From Ruditapes philippinarum (taxonomy: Eukaryota), in the NCBI RefSeq assembly GCF_026571515.1, contig NW_026864970.1, positions 1 through 64,000 of the forward strand: a stretch of 64,000 nucleotides of DNA, given 5' to 3'. The position numbers and the translations under genes were made by a program. Positions 14,241 to 28,479 of the stretch are shown here, piece after piece (within the stretch, counting starts at the first letter, position 1; the number at the start of each line of letters is the position of its first letter). The notes beneath the pieces are model-generated. The model was not told where the DNA came from, did no database searches, and saw nothing but the letters and a program-made list of their open reading frames with translations.

Positions 14241-14900
14241 TATATGAATAAGGCGAGCTCTTTGGGAGAAATTATAGTTCAAATACATTTCACTGTTTCG
14301 TGTATTATGACTATGAAATCGAACACATCGACGGTTGCTCACCTTTTACCACACATTTTATGATTACAATATACGTATTTTAAACTGTATAATTGCACTC
14401 AACTACCACACATTGTTTTTGGTTCAAAATTCGGCCTTTTATGTTTTTTATGATATCTAAATACGCGTCAAGAACATCAATTCACTTAAAATCCAAATTC
14501 GGTATTAATAATTCTATTTCGAAAAAGGAATTAGCGAAACGGGAACCTACCGAAAGTTGATATTGACTCGGCGTCTAAATTCTATTTTTTTTTCTTTATT
14601 TCATGGATAAAATGCGTATAAAGTTAATAATTTTGACTGTAATTTATCACAAAAAATGTACTATATACTTGAGTCAGCCGAAATTACACGTACTTTATGA
14701 TTAATTCATCAAACGAACGCGGTGAGAGTCCCACTACGGGAAAACGTACGTTCGCGAAACTCCGCATTTGGAGTTACGGTAACTGGCAAGGATACCCGAA
14801 TGTCAATTTGAATGGAACCATAATAAGACAAGAAACCAGAAAAAACTGATTCCCGGCGTGTTTCGGTAAATAAGAGTGCAGGTAACCTGCTATGAAATAG
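14241..14900 (+). mobile_element. Unit-A-specific CpG-rich segment, possible degenerate non-autonomous Helitron
   Basis: No counterpart in unit B. It ends in the hairpin gcaggtaacctgc (14878-14890), followed 6 nt later by atag|t (CTRR-like but imperfect). No TIRs seen. Confidence 0.35.
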
Positions 14901-17900
14901 TATAAAGGCCATAACGCAACAAACAAAAATACTTCCGAATCAGTAATAAACATTGATTGAAGTCGTAGCTCGAAAAGAGCATCAAAATTAGTGAAAATGG
15001 AAGGGTTTTTTAAATAAAAATTACATTAAAGAATTGAGCGTTTCTTATTTTAGACTATCGTGTAAAATCGCATAAAATGTCACAATTTTAAGTTTTCATT
15101 CTACTAAAAATTTAGAAATCTGATCAAGCACATATATTCTAAGTAATCCTATATAATGAGTTTTATCATATTTATATTATACCCTGCATAATTATATTGA
15201 AGTAAATCATGACGTAAACAACCATCTTAATCAGATAAGTTGATGATAACAATTCATTGAAATGATCTGTTACGAGATAATAAGAACATATGAGCTTATA
15301 AATATTACAATAACACTCTTATAGATAGGATCGCCTACATAAGGATAGGAGAACAATTAATTCAATTTATTCCGTTAAAGTCATTATCATTATAATATAG
15401 CTAATGGTTATTGTCAAACTTGTGACACAACAATTTTTCTGATAACAATATCGTAATGATAATTAAGCTTTCAAAGCGCTCATTGCTCGATTGATGCCAG
15501 TAAATGCTTAATTGTAGCTTCAAGGAGCGATTAGATTAATGCGTTTGTAAGAAACACCATATAAACAATCTTATATATTTTGAAAAATTAAAGACAACAT
15601 AATTTTGGAGAAACATCTCGAAATAAAAACAAGATATTGTATGTATTCCAACAAAAGTAAATATATCTTATTTTCGTATAGATGTAATTTAAACTCATGT
15701 TTATAATTGTATTTATGTTCAAAAAATTCATGAGCTGTTGTTTTTTAAGTAATTTCATAATAATGTGCAAATAAATTGGTACAACAAAGCGTTGCAGGAC
15801 AATGCTTTTGTAGGACGCCTAAACATTATTGTATGCACATGCTATTCAATCCCAATAGATATAATAAAGGTGTTATGTGACGCATGCCTATTATACAACT
15901 AAACAATAATGACTCTACATCTAGAATAGAGAGTAAAGTGTGTTCGGTCATTGTTTCATCGACATTTTGTTTTTATATTTTTGAAAGAGCAGCGGATACG
16001 GTATTCTAATGGATGTATTTCCACATCATATGCTGAGAAGAGACTATTTGCCGCATGTATTACTTCTTTCACAAATCCTTTGTGAAATAAATATTACACT
16101 GCATGGCAGAAGACAGAATTAATTAAGCTTTAGTCGCAACACTATAAAATAATATTGTCGAAACAGCAGTATTGTTCCATTGGTGGTTTATCGCTTTGAA
16201 GAGACGTTGATACAGGATGCAGTGTTCTATGTCCGTAGCATCGCTTGCCATTTACACAGTTTGCATTCGTAAACCTTCTGGTGTAATACAGGCTGCAAAG
16301 CACTCACTGACAAACATTATCTTATTGAGATTTATGTAACCCGTGTGAGCTTGGAAATCCTAGAAACAATCATATATAACATTAACTACCCAATGACTCC
16401 GACCTTTTATTGTTAAACTTTGTATACCATTTCATTTACAAATAAACTTATTAGCATAACCGATAAGATGATCACTTTTAGAGGTATGATATAACGAAAG
16501 AAAGATTATTAAATTAAGTTAACCGCAAAGTGTTTAAGAGGTTAAACGGGTTGGTTAATTGCTCTAAATATGATTTCAAACAACTGCTTACCTTTCTTTT
16601 CATACCATATTTAATATCAAACTTCGGATTAATGCTGTACAAATGCGCCCTTATCATTTTTTATCTTTCATTTCAGTGCATAATGTATATTTATATATCA
16701 TATATCGTTATTTTTAATTTAAATGCTATTTTTTTTGCTTGGAAAGAAATTATAATGAAAACATATGTATTCTTGGGAAATAATGCTGTATTATTATCCT
16801 AACTCTAACATTTAGAACAATATTGACAATCTCTTATATTTATCTGCCGTTTGAAATACTGGATCGTGAATTTCCTAATGTCTTTCAGAGACAACATCAT
16901 TAGATCGAGTTTGCAAATGTTTTTAGTTTTGCTTTGTTTTAGCAAATGTTTATGGACAGTGCAATAAGACCAGATATAATATAATATTTGTATGAACCTA
17001 AACAGATTATAGCTCTCAATGGTAATGAAAGATGTCATACGTTTATATTTGTTGAATGTCTTATCTATTCATTGTGTCTTCAAAAATATGACTACTTGCT
17101 AAAGATATGACGGAAAATATTCTAAAAGACAACAATATACATCATTTTGTTATAATAATAACTTAAAAGTATCACCATCAGTGACATTTCTTAATCTTTG
17201 ATGTACATTTGTCTTAATTTAGGAAATGTCTAGGGATGTATATATACTATGCAAATTGTACTAGGTGCTTGTATGTTTGTTATGCTCAATGAAGAATAAC
17301 TTATTTGAAATATGAAATGACATGCAATGCCAAGAAAGCGCTACATATGAATAATATTAACTTTTCATAAGCATTTTTGTAATTTGTTTACTTCGAAAAC
17401 AAACAGAAAGGCAAAGCAGACACCTTCCAAGTAAATCCTTTTGTTTATTAACTTCAATCGGATAAACAAATGCTGATTACAAAAAAAAATATTTTCTGAA
17501 TTCAAATTAAAATATATTAATTGGTGATAAATTATAGTATTTTTCTCTATCAAATTATACAATTTGATGTATTAAAGGTAATGAAAGAGCTTTCGATGCT
17601 CTAAAGTGTATGTAAATTTTACCCTTTTCAGTTACATGCAGATGTATAAATACAAACACGTACTTTCAAATTGAATGTTATTTTGAAATAATAATTTATT
17701 TTAAAAGATTTGTAATTGTTATAACGCCTTAAATTTCCAATTTAAGCAGAATCGCAATATGGTTACAAAAAAAAGCTATAAATGTCTTACATGATATACC
17801 TTATGCTTCGTCTAGTCTTGTACTGCATGCGTCAATTGGTGTATACAATAATGATAATATTTGAATATGTTTGTAGCAAGCGAAGGAATTTCAAAAATTC

Positions 17901-19559
17901 ATTAAGACCATGTTTATACATAGTAATTATATTCAGTACCAGCGTCGAACATAGCTCTTTAGGAATACAAATCATTTGAATAACATTAAACTTTCAAGTT
18001 TTCACAACACTTACTTGATATATTATCTCACTTAACAGTATGAAGTAATGCGCATTGCTAGAAGTACCAACAAATATGATTGGGATTCTTGCGAGACAGA
18101 TAAACCATAAATGACATAAAGGCTCCTATGTGTCTATAGATGCTTTCAAAATACCATAAACATAACAATAAATAGATTGATATTGGTGTAATAAATATCA
18201 TATCATCACATATCCTATATCATATTTCACATTGATTACGTTTTCAAGATACTATCGTAGTTTAAAATATGCATTTTAAGAGTAAGCTGGCTATATTTCT
18301 ACATTTGATCGTCTACGTATACTTTAACTAGGAGTCAGCAGTCAAAGACGAAATGGTATTGAGAATGGGCACAAAATCACAATTTTGAAATGAATGTTTG
18401 CTTCTATTTAATTCAACATATAATTAAATACATTTTTATTTACTGATAGGTGTTATTATCATCAATTAGTCACCAAAATGTCTGCTATTTCAAAAGCAAC
18501 GAAATGAATATTTCATACCATTTTTACAATACTTTTAATAGAAAATCGATGGTTAATGACTTTTGCTAGACTATTAATTTAAAAGCATTTTGATAATAAT
18601 TGCTTCGAAATATCACAAAACATTATTATTTTGAATCTAGTGCTGGTGTATATACATGTAATATATATGAGGGTTTTTTTATCTAAATTGAACTGATTTA
18701 AAATTCGTTATGATAACGAGCACTTCAAAGAACCCAATGCAAGCTGTCATAAATAGATAAACAGGAACTGATGGTGTTGCTTTCAAATGTCATTAAATAT
18801 AAGTCACTTAAATTGATTTCGTTATCTATATCTGTTATATTTGTAGGAATTATTAATTTGTAGTGAAGTGAAGATTGAATGGAATATATTTTCACAGCAA
18901 AATCATGCTTTTCCAATCTGATAGATTGATTAAATTGCAGAGGTTATTTACCCTTTGTTTAACGAACAAAAACTATTTATAGTATCCACATATTTTCCTA
19001 AAAGACATCAACATGTATATATTTGTTAAAAGTAAAATCATGTTAGAAACCATTGTTAAGTGCTCCAGCTGATCTATGCAGAAACAAAGATGTTTTATTT
19101 CATTCCATTTTTATTATTTATTTCTTTTTTTGTCGTTAGACTTTTGGGCATCAGTAAAATTCCTTATAGAAAGAAAGGTAAGCATGTGTTGTTTAAGATA
19201 AGCTATATATTTTTCCTCTTTATAATTCATTTCTGTCCAATAGAAACACATGAAATAATGATAACTTATTGTAGATTGAATATGGAAATCATTATTATCA
19301 TAATATCAATATCATTTGTCTATTGTGTCACATCCAGTCAATCAGCTAAAAGCTCATATCTATAAAACAGTCTATTTATCATTTTGGGTGTGTAAACAAT
19401 ATATCCTCTAAAGTATGATTTGTCACTAGAATATTCTCCTCGTAGATGATGTATCTTTATCTCCTAAAGTAACTATCAGTTCTATGCTAGAAAATTAAAT
19501 TTATTTGCTTTATTGTATAAATTTATGATGTTATTTTCAATTCTTGAAATTCTATATGC

Positions 19560-19930
19560 AAATAGTAAGGCCTTTATGAGAACACTCGGGTATTATGAGA
19601 TTGGAGAATTCTTATTGACTCTCCAGCTCGGCCATTATGAATCTGCTTTTTTTTCATTGAAAAAATAGTCGCCATTTTGAATTGCTGCAAGGTAGGTTTC
19701 CGAACAAGAATCTCATTTGCAATACTTCACAACAACAGAATTTCACATTAGTTATTTTTGTTCCCTAAACATGTAGCTTTTTTAGTGTATGTGTTCATAA
19801 TTAATAAATTGGCAATAATTAAGTATTTTTATAATGACCTTGTTATTTGGCTTAAGACTGTCCATTTAGCCTTCGGCCTTTGGCAGTTCTCAGCCCAATG
19901 ACAAGACCATTATGAAAACACTTAATTATT
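19560..19930. mobile_element. Decayed palindrome-ended non-autonomous element
   Basis: Imperfect hairpin at 19814-19930 (aataattaagt...acttaattatt, centre gccttcggc). Absent from unit A. Left boundary approximate. Confidence 0.6.
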
Positions 19931-22900
19931 AACATTATAATAATCTGCCTTGGCCTGGGCCTAAAAATCTCCTTGTCCGAGTAGACCAAACTTGTCTTAA
20001 AAATCTTTAAAACTTTACTATAGTTTATGATGTTAATTAGATTTCCATTAAACAGACCGATGATAGTTTCAAAAAGTCGATATTTTCATTCTTATGGCAC
20101 ATAACTATTTACTAGCGCTTTTTGTTTTCTACTGATATATAATTTCAAAAAATGGTATCCGAAATATCTACCTTTTTGTTATGAAATTTCGGAACGATCA
20201 TAGTTTATATCTGATTAATATGAAATCAAACAACAATGCACATTCTTGAAATGGTATTTATTTGATGTATTTACCAGACAGCACCATAAGATTATTTGTT
20301 GTAGATACAGCTTTTGTTCTTCTTATCTCTGCTTTCTATGCTTCAAGTAGCGATATTTTATTTGTAGCTATGTTATACTACGGACATGACTATATATACA
20401 TGTACAAATGTATGTCAAAATTTAAGGAGGCCAGCACGTTTAGTACATTGTAACAAATTTATAACTTAAAGCCCTTAAAACAAAAAGGAATATTTAAAAT
20501 GTAGTAAAACAGAAAAGTAATAAAGAAGTTCCAACAAAGTATGCCGATTACTAAATCATTGTTTTTATCTGTGCATATGATGTTTCTAGTCAATTTTGTA
20601 AAATAAATAAATCCTATCCTATTTTTTTGTTATCATTTGCACTGCGTAAATAGTATTTTCGGCATCCTGAGACCCATGTCTTGAATCAGTTCATTAACCG
20701 AAATTCTAATTGTATATATTTATATCTTTACATACGTCGGGTTATAATTGGCATACAATGACTCTTAATACTCCAAAAACTTTCTTAAAATGAAATGCTA
20801 TAAAGCTTTATCTAATTAAATGAAATATCTTAAAGAATTTTATAAGCCATGGAAAACTGGTATCCATAAACGAATGATCGACTCTTGACGAAGTTGTTAC
20901 ATTGAATGTCGTAACACGTGACACGTGAATTATGTACATAAATAAAAGTAAAATGTTACAGAACAAACCTTTATGTTGGTATTTGTACTAAGAAAGCAAT
21001 GCATTTCAAGATGCATTATTCGCTCTGAAGAAAGTAACTATATGCAATTCTGTCATACAGGTATCGGAGTATTCTTTATAAAAAATCACACAAGAATTTT
21101 TTTTGCAAACACCAATCAGCAAAAAAAAAAAGGTTTTACTTACTTTAATTGCTGGCATACCACCGATGCATTAAATGGACAACGTTAAACAATATTCTGA
21201 ATCATAGTACAAAATGTACATATCCAATTCTCACTGAAAACTATAAATGGATATGTAGTGGTGAAATATCTCCTAAACAATCTATTTTTTATTCCTACAA
21301 GACTTATATATCAAAAATGACAACTCAGGCTACTCTTTGTCTCTAAATGCTTTCAAAATGCCATAAACATACAAATATAAACATTTTTGCTCATGTAATA
21401 AACATTTAAGGATCACATATCGGTACTTAGTTGTCGTGTTTAAGAAATAATCAAAATCTATTGATTTAAACAGTAATTTGTTTATGATATGCTATTCCTT
21501 GAGACGTCCTTAAAATGCAAATAGGACAGGTGGTATTATTTTTCTTTTTACAAAGTTGTTATCGCAGACATTTAAAAAAATGTCTAAATGCAAACCATTA
21601 CAAAACCTTACCTACTGCAAGGTACGTAGAGTAAAGGGGGTCCCTAAAACGTCCAAAATGGCTCGGCTGTTCACGGTCAATGAAAATCAGTGCAAGATAC
21701 CCTCTGCGCCTCTTGCATCCGTTCAATCATAATTTAACATTTAAACATATTTATGGTGGTTAATATGAAGTTTTCAATGTAACACTTTTATGTCACTTCA
21801 TTGAAAGCGGTCATGTCTCTGTTTTTAAATTGTGGTGTTCAACTTCCGTCTCTAAAATTGTTTTCATGACATTATCTTAATACAGCGCTGACAATTTTTA
21901 CACGTGAATACCTTCTAAATTCATCATCATAGTGGAATTTTATTGCATACTTTATGATCTTCTGTATTCATTTATGGCAAAAGAGAAATCAATTAAAGCA
22001 AATGCATATTAATATATAATATGAATATGTTCTGCACGTTACAATAGCACATGCATGCGGATGCAGTAATTTATATGGCTAAAACATAAATTCCACTTTT
22101 CGAAAGGGAATATCCGCCGGTTCGTCTTTGGTGCTGTTTTATATTTTAACATGCTATTTTCTTATTCTATAATGATACATTGTACGCAAACATACTAATT
22201 AGTATGACACTTTTCTTAGATTTATTAGGCATAATATGACAACATTTAAATTGGAACAACATCTTTTTTCTTAATTCGTATTATTAGTTTTTCTATGAAT
22301 ATGCTTATATGATAATATACATTTTATTTTGTGAACATGCAATATATTACTGAATGTCAATCATCAAAATATATGTGGATATTCTCCTTACATATAAAAC
22401 TGAAGTTGTATTTTCCTTTAAATATTGAGATATGATGTTATTTTTTTGTCCCAGCATTGGTGAAATTGCACGGACATATTGCAGCGTCCTTACTGGTGTT
22501 GAAGTGAGCATATCAAACGGGCACACCAGAGAGAGGTGGTTTGAGTCGAAGATGGACGTACTTATGTTTTGTATAATTTATTTGTGTTTTATATCCCGCG
22601 CCAATTAAAATGCAAGTACGATTTTACTGTAACGTTGCTATTGGGTGTAACATTAAAAACAAAGTGTATTACGCAAATAAATCAAATCAATTTATTGTTT
22701 ACTTTTATTACACGGTGTATCATTATTTCTCTGTACACAGGGAAAATCAAATGCTTTTCCAGATAACTTTAATGCTTATAGACGTTTTGATGAAGAATAA
22801 TGTAATTTCCCGTGTCTTTATTTTCTCTTTTAGATATTTGAAATCTAATTTCCAGTGTTTATATTGTCTGTTTTGAAATAATCTAAACTTACATTTTCTT

Positions 22901-23278
22901 TTTATCATTTGAAGAGGCAAAGCATCTGGAAAATATACATGAAATAGGACATTGCTTTTAAAGTGAATCATCAATCTGAAATGCTTTGACTGTTGGCGTT
23001 TGTTTAAAAAAATAATTGTCATGTCAATAAAAGTAATGGAAAACTGCAAAAAAATAATATAATTATATCCATATTTTGAAAAATTAGGAAAATTAGAAAA
23101 TAGGGCATGGTAACATGTCGTTGCAAAGTTAAATAAGTGCTACAGTTGTATTAAATGATCGTATCATTTAAAAGATATTTCATTTTCGCTGTAGTTAAAT
23201 AGCGGTATGTTCAATACAATGTCATGTACAATAGCAAAAATGAAATAAAAGTATATGTAATTATTATAAATGGCAAAT

Positions 23279-23810
23279 ATTTTTAGCTCACCTCACCTTG
23301 TTCGTTTACACTCTAGCGGTCACATGTTTGCCTCAATCATCTTCAAACTGTGTCAGGATGCTTATCTAGCTAATAACTCAGATTGGTTCGAATATGGGTT
23401 ATCTCGGATGAAAAACTAGGTCACCGGAGCTAAAAATAGGAAAACCTTATTAACACTAGCGGTCACATTTTTGCCTCAATCATCATCAAACTTTGTCAGG
23501 ATGCTTGTCTAGTTGATAGCTCAGATGATTCGAACATGGGTCATCTCGGAAGAAAAACAAGGTCACAGGAGCTAAAAATAGAAAAACTGTGTTAATACTC
23601 TGGCGGTCACATTTTTGCCTCAATCATCATCAAACTTGGTCAGGATGCTTATCTAGTTGATAGCTCGGAAGAGTTCGAACATGTGTTATCTCGGATGAAC
23701 AACTAGGACACAGGAGCTAAAAAAACACTCTAGCGGTCACATTTTTGCCTCAATCATCATCAATTGAAACTTTATCAGGATAATTGTCTAGGTGGTAGCT
23801 CAAATGGGAT
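23279..23810 (+). mobile_element. Helentron-associated (pearl/HINE-type) element with internal ~144-bp satellite, 3'-truncated
   Basis: Starts tttttagctcacct. cggtcac recurs at 23317, 23460, 23604 and 23734 (periods 143, 144, 130). Absent from unit A. Confidence 0.8.
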
Positions 23811-26800
23811 ATTGCCATTTCTTCAGATTTAGAGGAATACATTGATTGTATTAAAAAGATCATAGGATTGAAATTAGTGAAATGTGATCATGCTCTACAT
23901 TAATAAAAACATAATAAAATATCAAAATTGTTTTCTATTAGTTTATTGCGTATGATTGTATTGAATCTCTGCAAACAGGCAAAATTTTATGATGATATAC
24001 TATTACTCGTAGATATAAATTATTGTTGTTGCATAAATGCACTGTTGGCTGTGTCTTTATTGTTGCTTTATACCAAGCAAAAATCAGATTTTTCGTCTGT
24101 CATACAATAATGTAAGAGGAAAAAATAGCAAGACGACGTTTGAAATCAAGCCATTTAATTTCATTTATTGAAACAAATTCCAAGTTGAATATTATGTTAC
24201 TCTACTGTTTTTATGAACATATAATATTAATTAGTTGAAGTAGGACAGCCTTTATATTCTGTGATTAATATTGTCCATACCCTATTCTCTTCTCATTGTA
24301 TATGAATCAATATCGCTTTTGAAAAAACAATTTTTATTAATATTTAGCTTTTATAACATTAATTTCAAAGAAACAAGATGGATCTGTTAATATGGGTTGC
24401 TTTAGGATAAGAAACTTTAATGTACTAATTATCACGAAACCATTTTCGTCTTCTATCTGCAGTTTCAGTTATATATTTTAGTATATGTGTCACGTGAGAT
24501 ATTGTCATCATATGAGGACCTACCAATATGACGGATCGCATGTTTGTTTTTTGGGTTCCGTTATCCTTAATGTGCAAAGTAGTAATCAATGACATACGAT
24601 TTATATTGTAAGCAGATCCTATCTAATAATACAATGTATTTCCGAAATGTTCCTGCTGTTTCAGTCAATGTCAACGAAGCTTTCGTTTTAATTTTATATG
24701 ACACTCAATGACGTTGATTATGGTAAAAAATGAGCACAAAAGCACTATGTCAGCACATTTCAAAACATTTCTCTCATAAAAGCACGATTCTCAAATTGAA
24801 TAAATATTGCATTGACATCCTAACAGGTTCAGATATTTTAATTGTCAACTTGTGAAATAAACAGTAATTAAAATTAATGCAACTTTGCGGTGTTTTGGTG
24901 ATACACACGCAATAACAATTAATTACGATATGTCATTAAAACACATCAAGGAAATATTTAACAACACATTCTAGACAGGGTTGATGTTTATATGACAAAA
25001 TATGTGTCGCATTATTAATCAGTTTTAATTCGTCGCCATAATACATGCCGAGAAAGAATAGTGATCATAAAGTACTAATTCATCTTAAAAATAGACATAT
25101 TTTGAAAGTTATCGTTTTGTGATGATTTTCTTTACATTTGAGGTCATTTTGCACATTCAACTGAAATGATTATTCTGGAAAAGCGGGGCGAGAAATAATC
25201 TACAAATTTGCACAAAGGTTATTGGTCCAAACTTTAATGTCGGCATTGCTGGAACTGTTTTAGAAATGATAAAACCTTTGAATTAAATTTATATCAGATA
25301 AAACAGTCTACTCCGGTATTTGTATACACTGCTTGTATCACATTGCAGAATTACTATAGCAAAAAATCGCTACTCTTTTGCTATTTATCAAAGGGGGTTG
25401 CAGCTGCTAGAAATATAAAGCGGCCTGATATTAATTATGAAAGCGGTTTGGTGTTAAATTTGTAAAAGGGTCTGTATGAAACATCCCAGAAACCATTTTA
25501 GATACATTGTATATGAAGGAAACTACAAAACGTTTGGTACTACGATGTTTTCATTTTTACTTTCACAGTGACCTTTCAACGTGGATTTCTTTATAAAAAA
25601 CTTTAAACTTGAATGTTTTTATTATAAACCATTTTGAGTTAAATGTTTTGAAAATAAAGCGTCCTATAAATAATATGTTACAGATCTAAATCATTTTATG
25701 AATGCATCTAAAATATACAATAAAACACAAACACACGCACACAAAAACAAAAGAAAAAAAGACCCAGTATCATTTCTCTCCGAAATAATTCTCGAAAAAA
25801 AATTCTGAAAAGAAGTTGTTATTTCAGATCAATATCAAAATTGATACATAATGAAAACTGTCACGCAAGGTTTCCTGTAATCGTATCACTTTAAAGCGCC
25901 TGAAAAAGAAACCGAGACTTTGTCAAATATAATATTTAATAAAATTAGTATGCTTAATATTACAGGCACTGTATATGTCTTGAAAAAATGCAACTTAAAT
26001 TACAAGTGTAATTACAAACAAGAACAGCCGTTAATATGAACCAGATATGGGTATTTACTTTTTAGCTGTTATAATATACTTTATGTATAGGTAATGATAT
26101 ATGTCTCGATAATTCCAAGACGATTCTTATTTATTATCTATAGCACGTCAAGGAAATAAACCCACGCGTACATTACTAGTTGAATAGAAAATGATTGGTG
26201 AAGCTTAGCTCAAAACACCTATAAAATACATTATCAAAACGTTATTATGTTTTGATGTTAGCATTAATAGATAACTCATGGCACATGTGGGCGAATAAAG
26301 GTATTATATAAGACAGAATCAAACAGACAGTGCACTATTCTTAAAGGTTGTCAAAAGTTTGAAATCATTTGAAATGTGAATATCTTACTTTCCTATGAAC
26401 TGTTAAGGGGATATTCTATATATCATTGCACGGTTTATTTAACATGTATCGAGTGGCATTTGTTCCTAATGGTCGTAATTAATATATTTCAACAATATGA
26501 TATAATGTCACAGTTATTGTTTAAGCAAATTGGGCCCAAAAATAAATTTTGGGATTAGTTTCACTTTCTAATATTTAATTTTAAACTGGTAAATTTGTTT
26601 TTTACTTGATTTAAATGTAATACCATTGCCCACATATGATAAGTCATGCTAGTGTCTAGCATTTATGTTATAAATGAATTGTTTGTTGGGCAAATGTCAT
26701 TCTAAAATGTTTTGAATTCTGATTAAGCCAGTGCTAACGGGGATGTGGTGAGGAGGGTAGCTTGCACATTCCGAACCCGAATCTTAAATATGTTCAGTTT

Positions 26801-28479
26801 TTGCCGTTTTTGGCGTCTTTCAGGAATTCCATTTTTCATTTAGACAAACTGTATTCAAATGATATGCTTTTATATGTTTCAAATATATATTTTATATTAT
26901 ATCAAATGGCTAATGAGTATTGTTCATCTGCTACTTAGGATCACCAATCCATTTATCTATTGCATTTTGTAGAATTGCGATACAATTTTTTCACTTGTTG
27001 AAGTCAAATTCTATTTGTCAGCTGAATTGGTCAACATGAGGAACATCATCTATATGTATTAGGAATCAGTACAATTATCTAAATCTCAAACAAATGAAAC
27101 CTTCCCTTTTGTAAGAACTTGTATTTTGCATTATTTATCATTATGATGATGATGATGATGTTGATAATGATAATAGTATTGAACTATATTTACTGTAGCT
27201 ACATGTATCCCTATATCGATATCATATTATTTAAAATGGACCATATAAGGTATTCACATGCAGACATATCCAAAGTATTCCTTTTTCAAACTTTGTAAGA
27301 GCATAAAGGCTTTAACACAACAAACAAAAGTACTAACGAATCAGCAATAAACATTGATGGAATTCGTATCTTGAAAATGCCATACCATCATGTAAGGCTT
27401 TTTTAATAAAAATGTACAATGAAGAATTGAGAGTTTCTTATTTCAGACTATTCATTATTAAATCTATGCAAACAGACAATATTTTAAGGGATTTAAAGAT
27501 GATTTACTATACAAAAAGGAGTTTTATGGGAAAATGTGCTATTATCTGTCAAGTTTATGTTGCTATATATCAAAATAAATTAAATTTTGTTCCGAGAATA
27601 AGACAATTTATAGAGAAAGTAAAAGACATTCTTTATATGTATAACCTACATATTACATGTGGAATGTGTCATTATATAAGGTATGACATATTTCATTTTA
27701 CTGAAAACAATTGCAAATTTTGTTGTAAATCTTAGATGAATAAAAAGAGGAAGTTTCACTTTCCCCAAGCATTCTTGATGACCTATATAGACATAGATAA
27801 GAAAATAACATTGAAAATTGATAACAATTATGACCCGTTGTGTCAGTAACTTTAATATATATTTCAATTTATTAGAGAGTAAATTTATATTTGCTTACAT
27901 TTTTCAAAATTATACGAAGTAATTAAAAAAAGGAAAGTCATTTAATTTGACTTTCTTTTATCATTCTAATTTTTGCATATTTGCGTAAAGGAATTACTAT
28001 CGTCTTATTGTTTTAGCAATAATGTTTCCAAATATGCTAGTCTTTTGTTTTGATAAAACAAAATATTGGTTATAACTCAACCACGAGGTGGTTATTAGTG
28101 TATCCTTTCTCATAAATACTATTTATTGGCTGGGTTTGTCTAGCAAAGTTGTCAAAATTTGGCAAGAATAACTGTAGCATTTACCATATCATAGTCCCAA
28201 GGAACATCCACTGAAATATTAATCATAGACAAAGATGGTCGAATATGCCAGTGTTTGAGTGGTAGATTTGTATCAACATTTAGCATTTAAAACATCTTGT
28301 GTTTGGTATGGTTTAAAACAAAAAGGTCTATGTTTATAGCCATGTAAATATACAAAATTGTACATGCATGTGATCTTAGTTTTCCTAAAGAGCATAATTA
28401 ATTATTTGTTGCAATAAAGAAGTCTTGTTAGTGTTTAAGTCCGCATTTGCGCTTAGCATAAATATTTTAATTAAACTTA

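Larger units (their letters stand above)
1197..15060 (+). repeat. Segmental tandem duplication, left array unit A (non-coding)
   Basis: Colinear with 15122-27450. Landmarks: gatcaagcacatatattctaagtaatcc at 1197/15122; atctgcct at 8197/19943; aaagaaacaagatggat at ~12426/24367; cagatc(g/a)atatca at ~14002/25825; gaattgag.gtttcttattt at ~15031/27424. Many indels are not multiples of 3. Confidence 0.92.
15122..27450 (+). repeat. Segmental tandem duplication, left array unit B (non-coding)
   Basis: Paralog of unit A. Lacks A 5310-8190 and carries its own segments at ~19510-19940, 23280-23810 and ~26050-27300. Confidence 0.92.
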
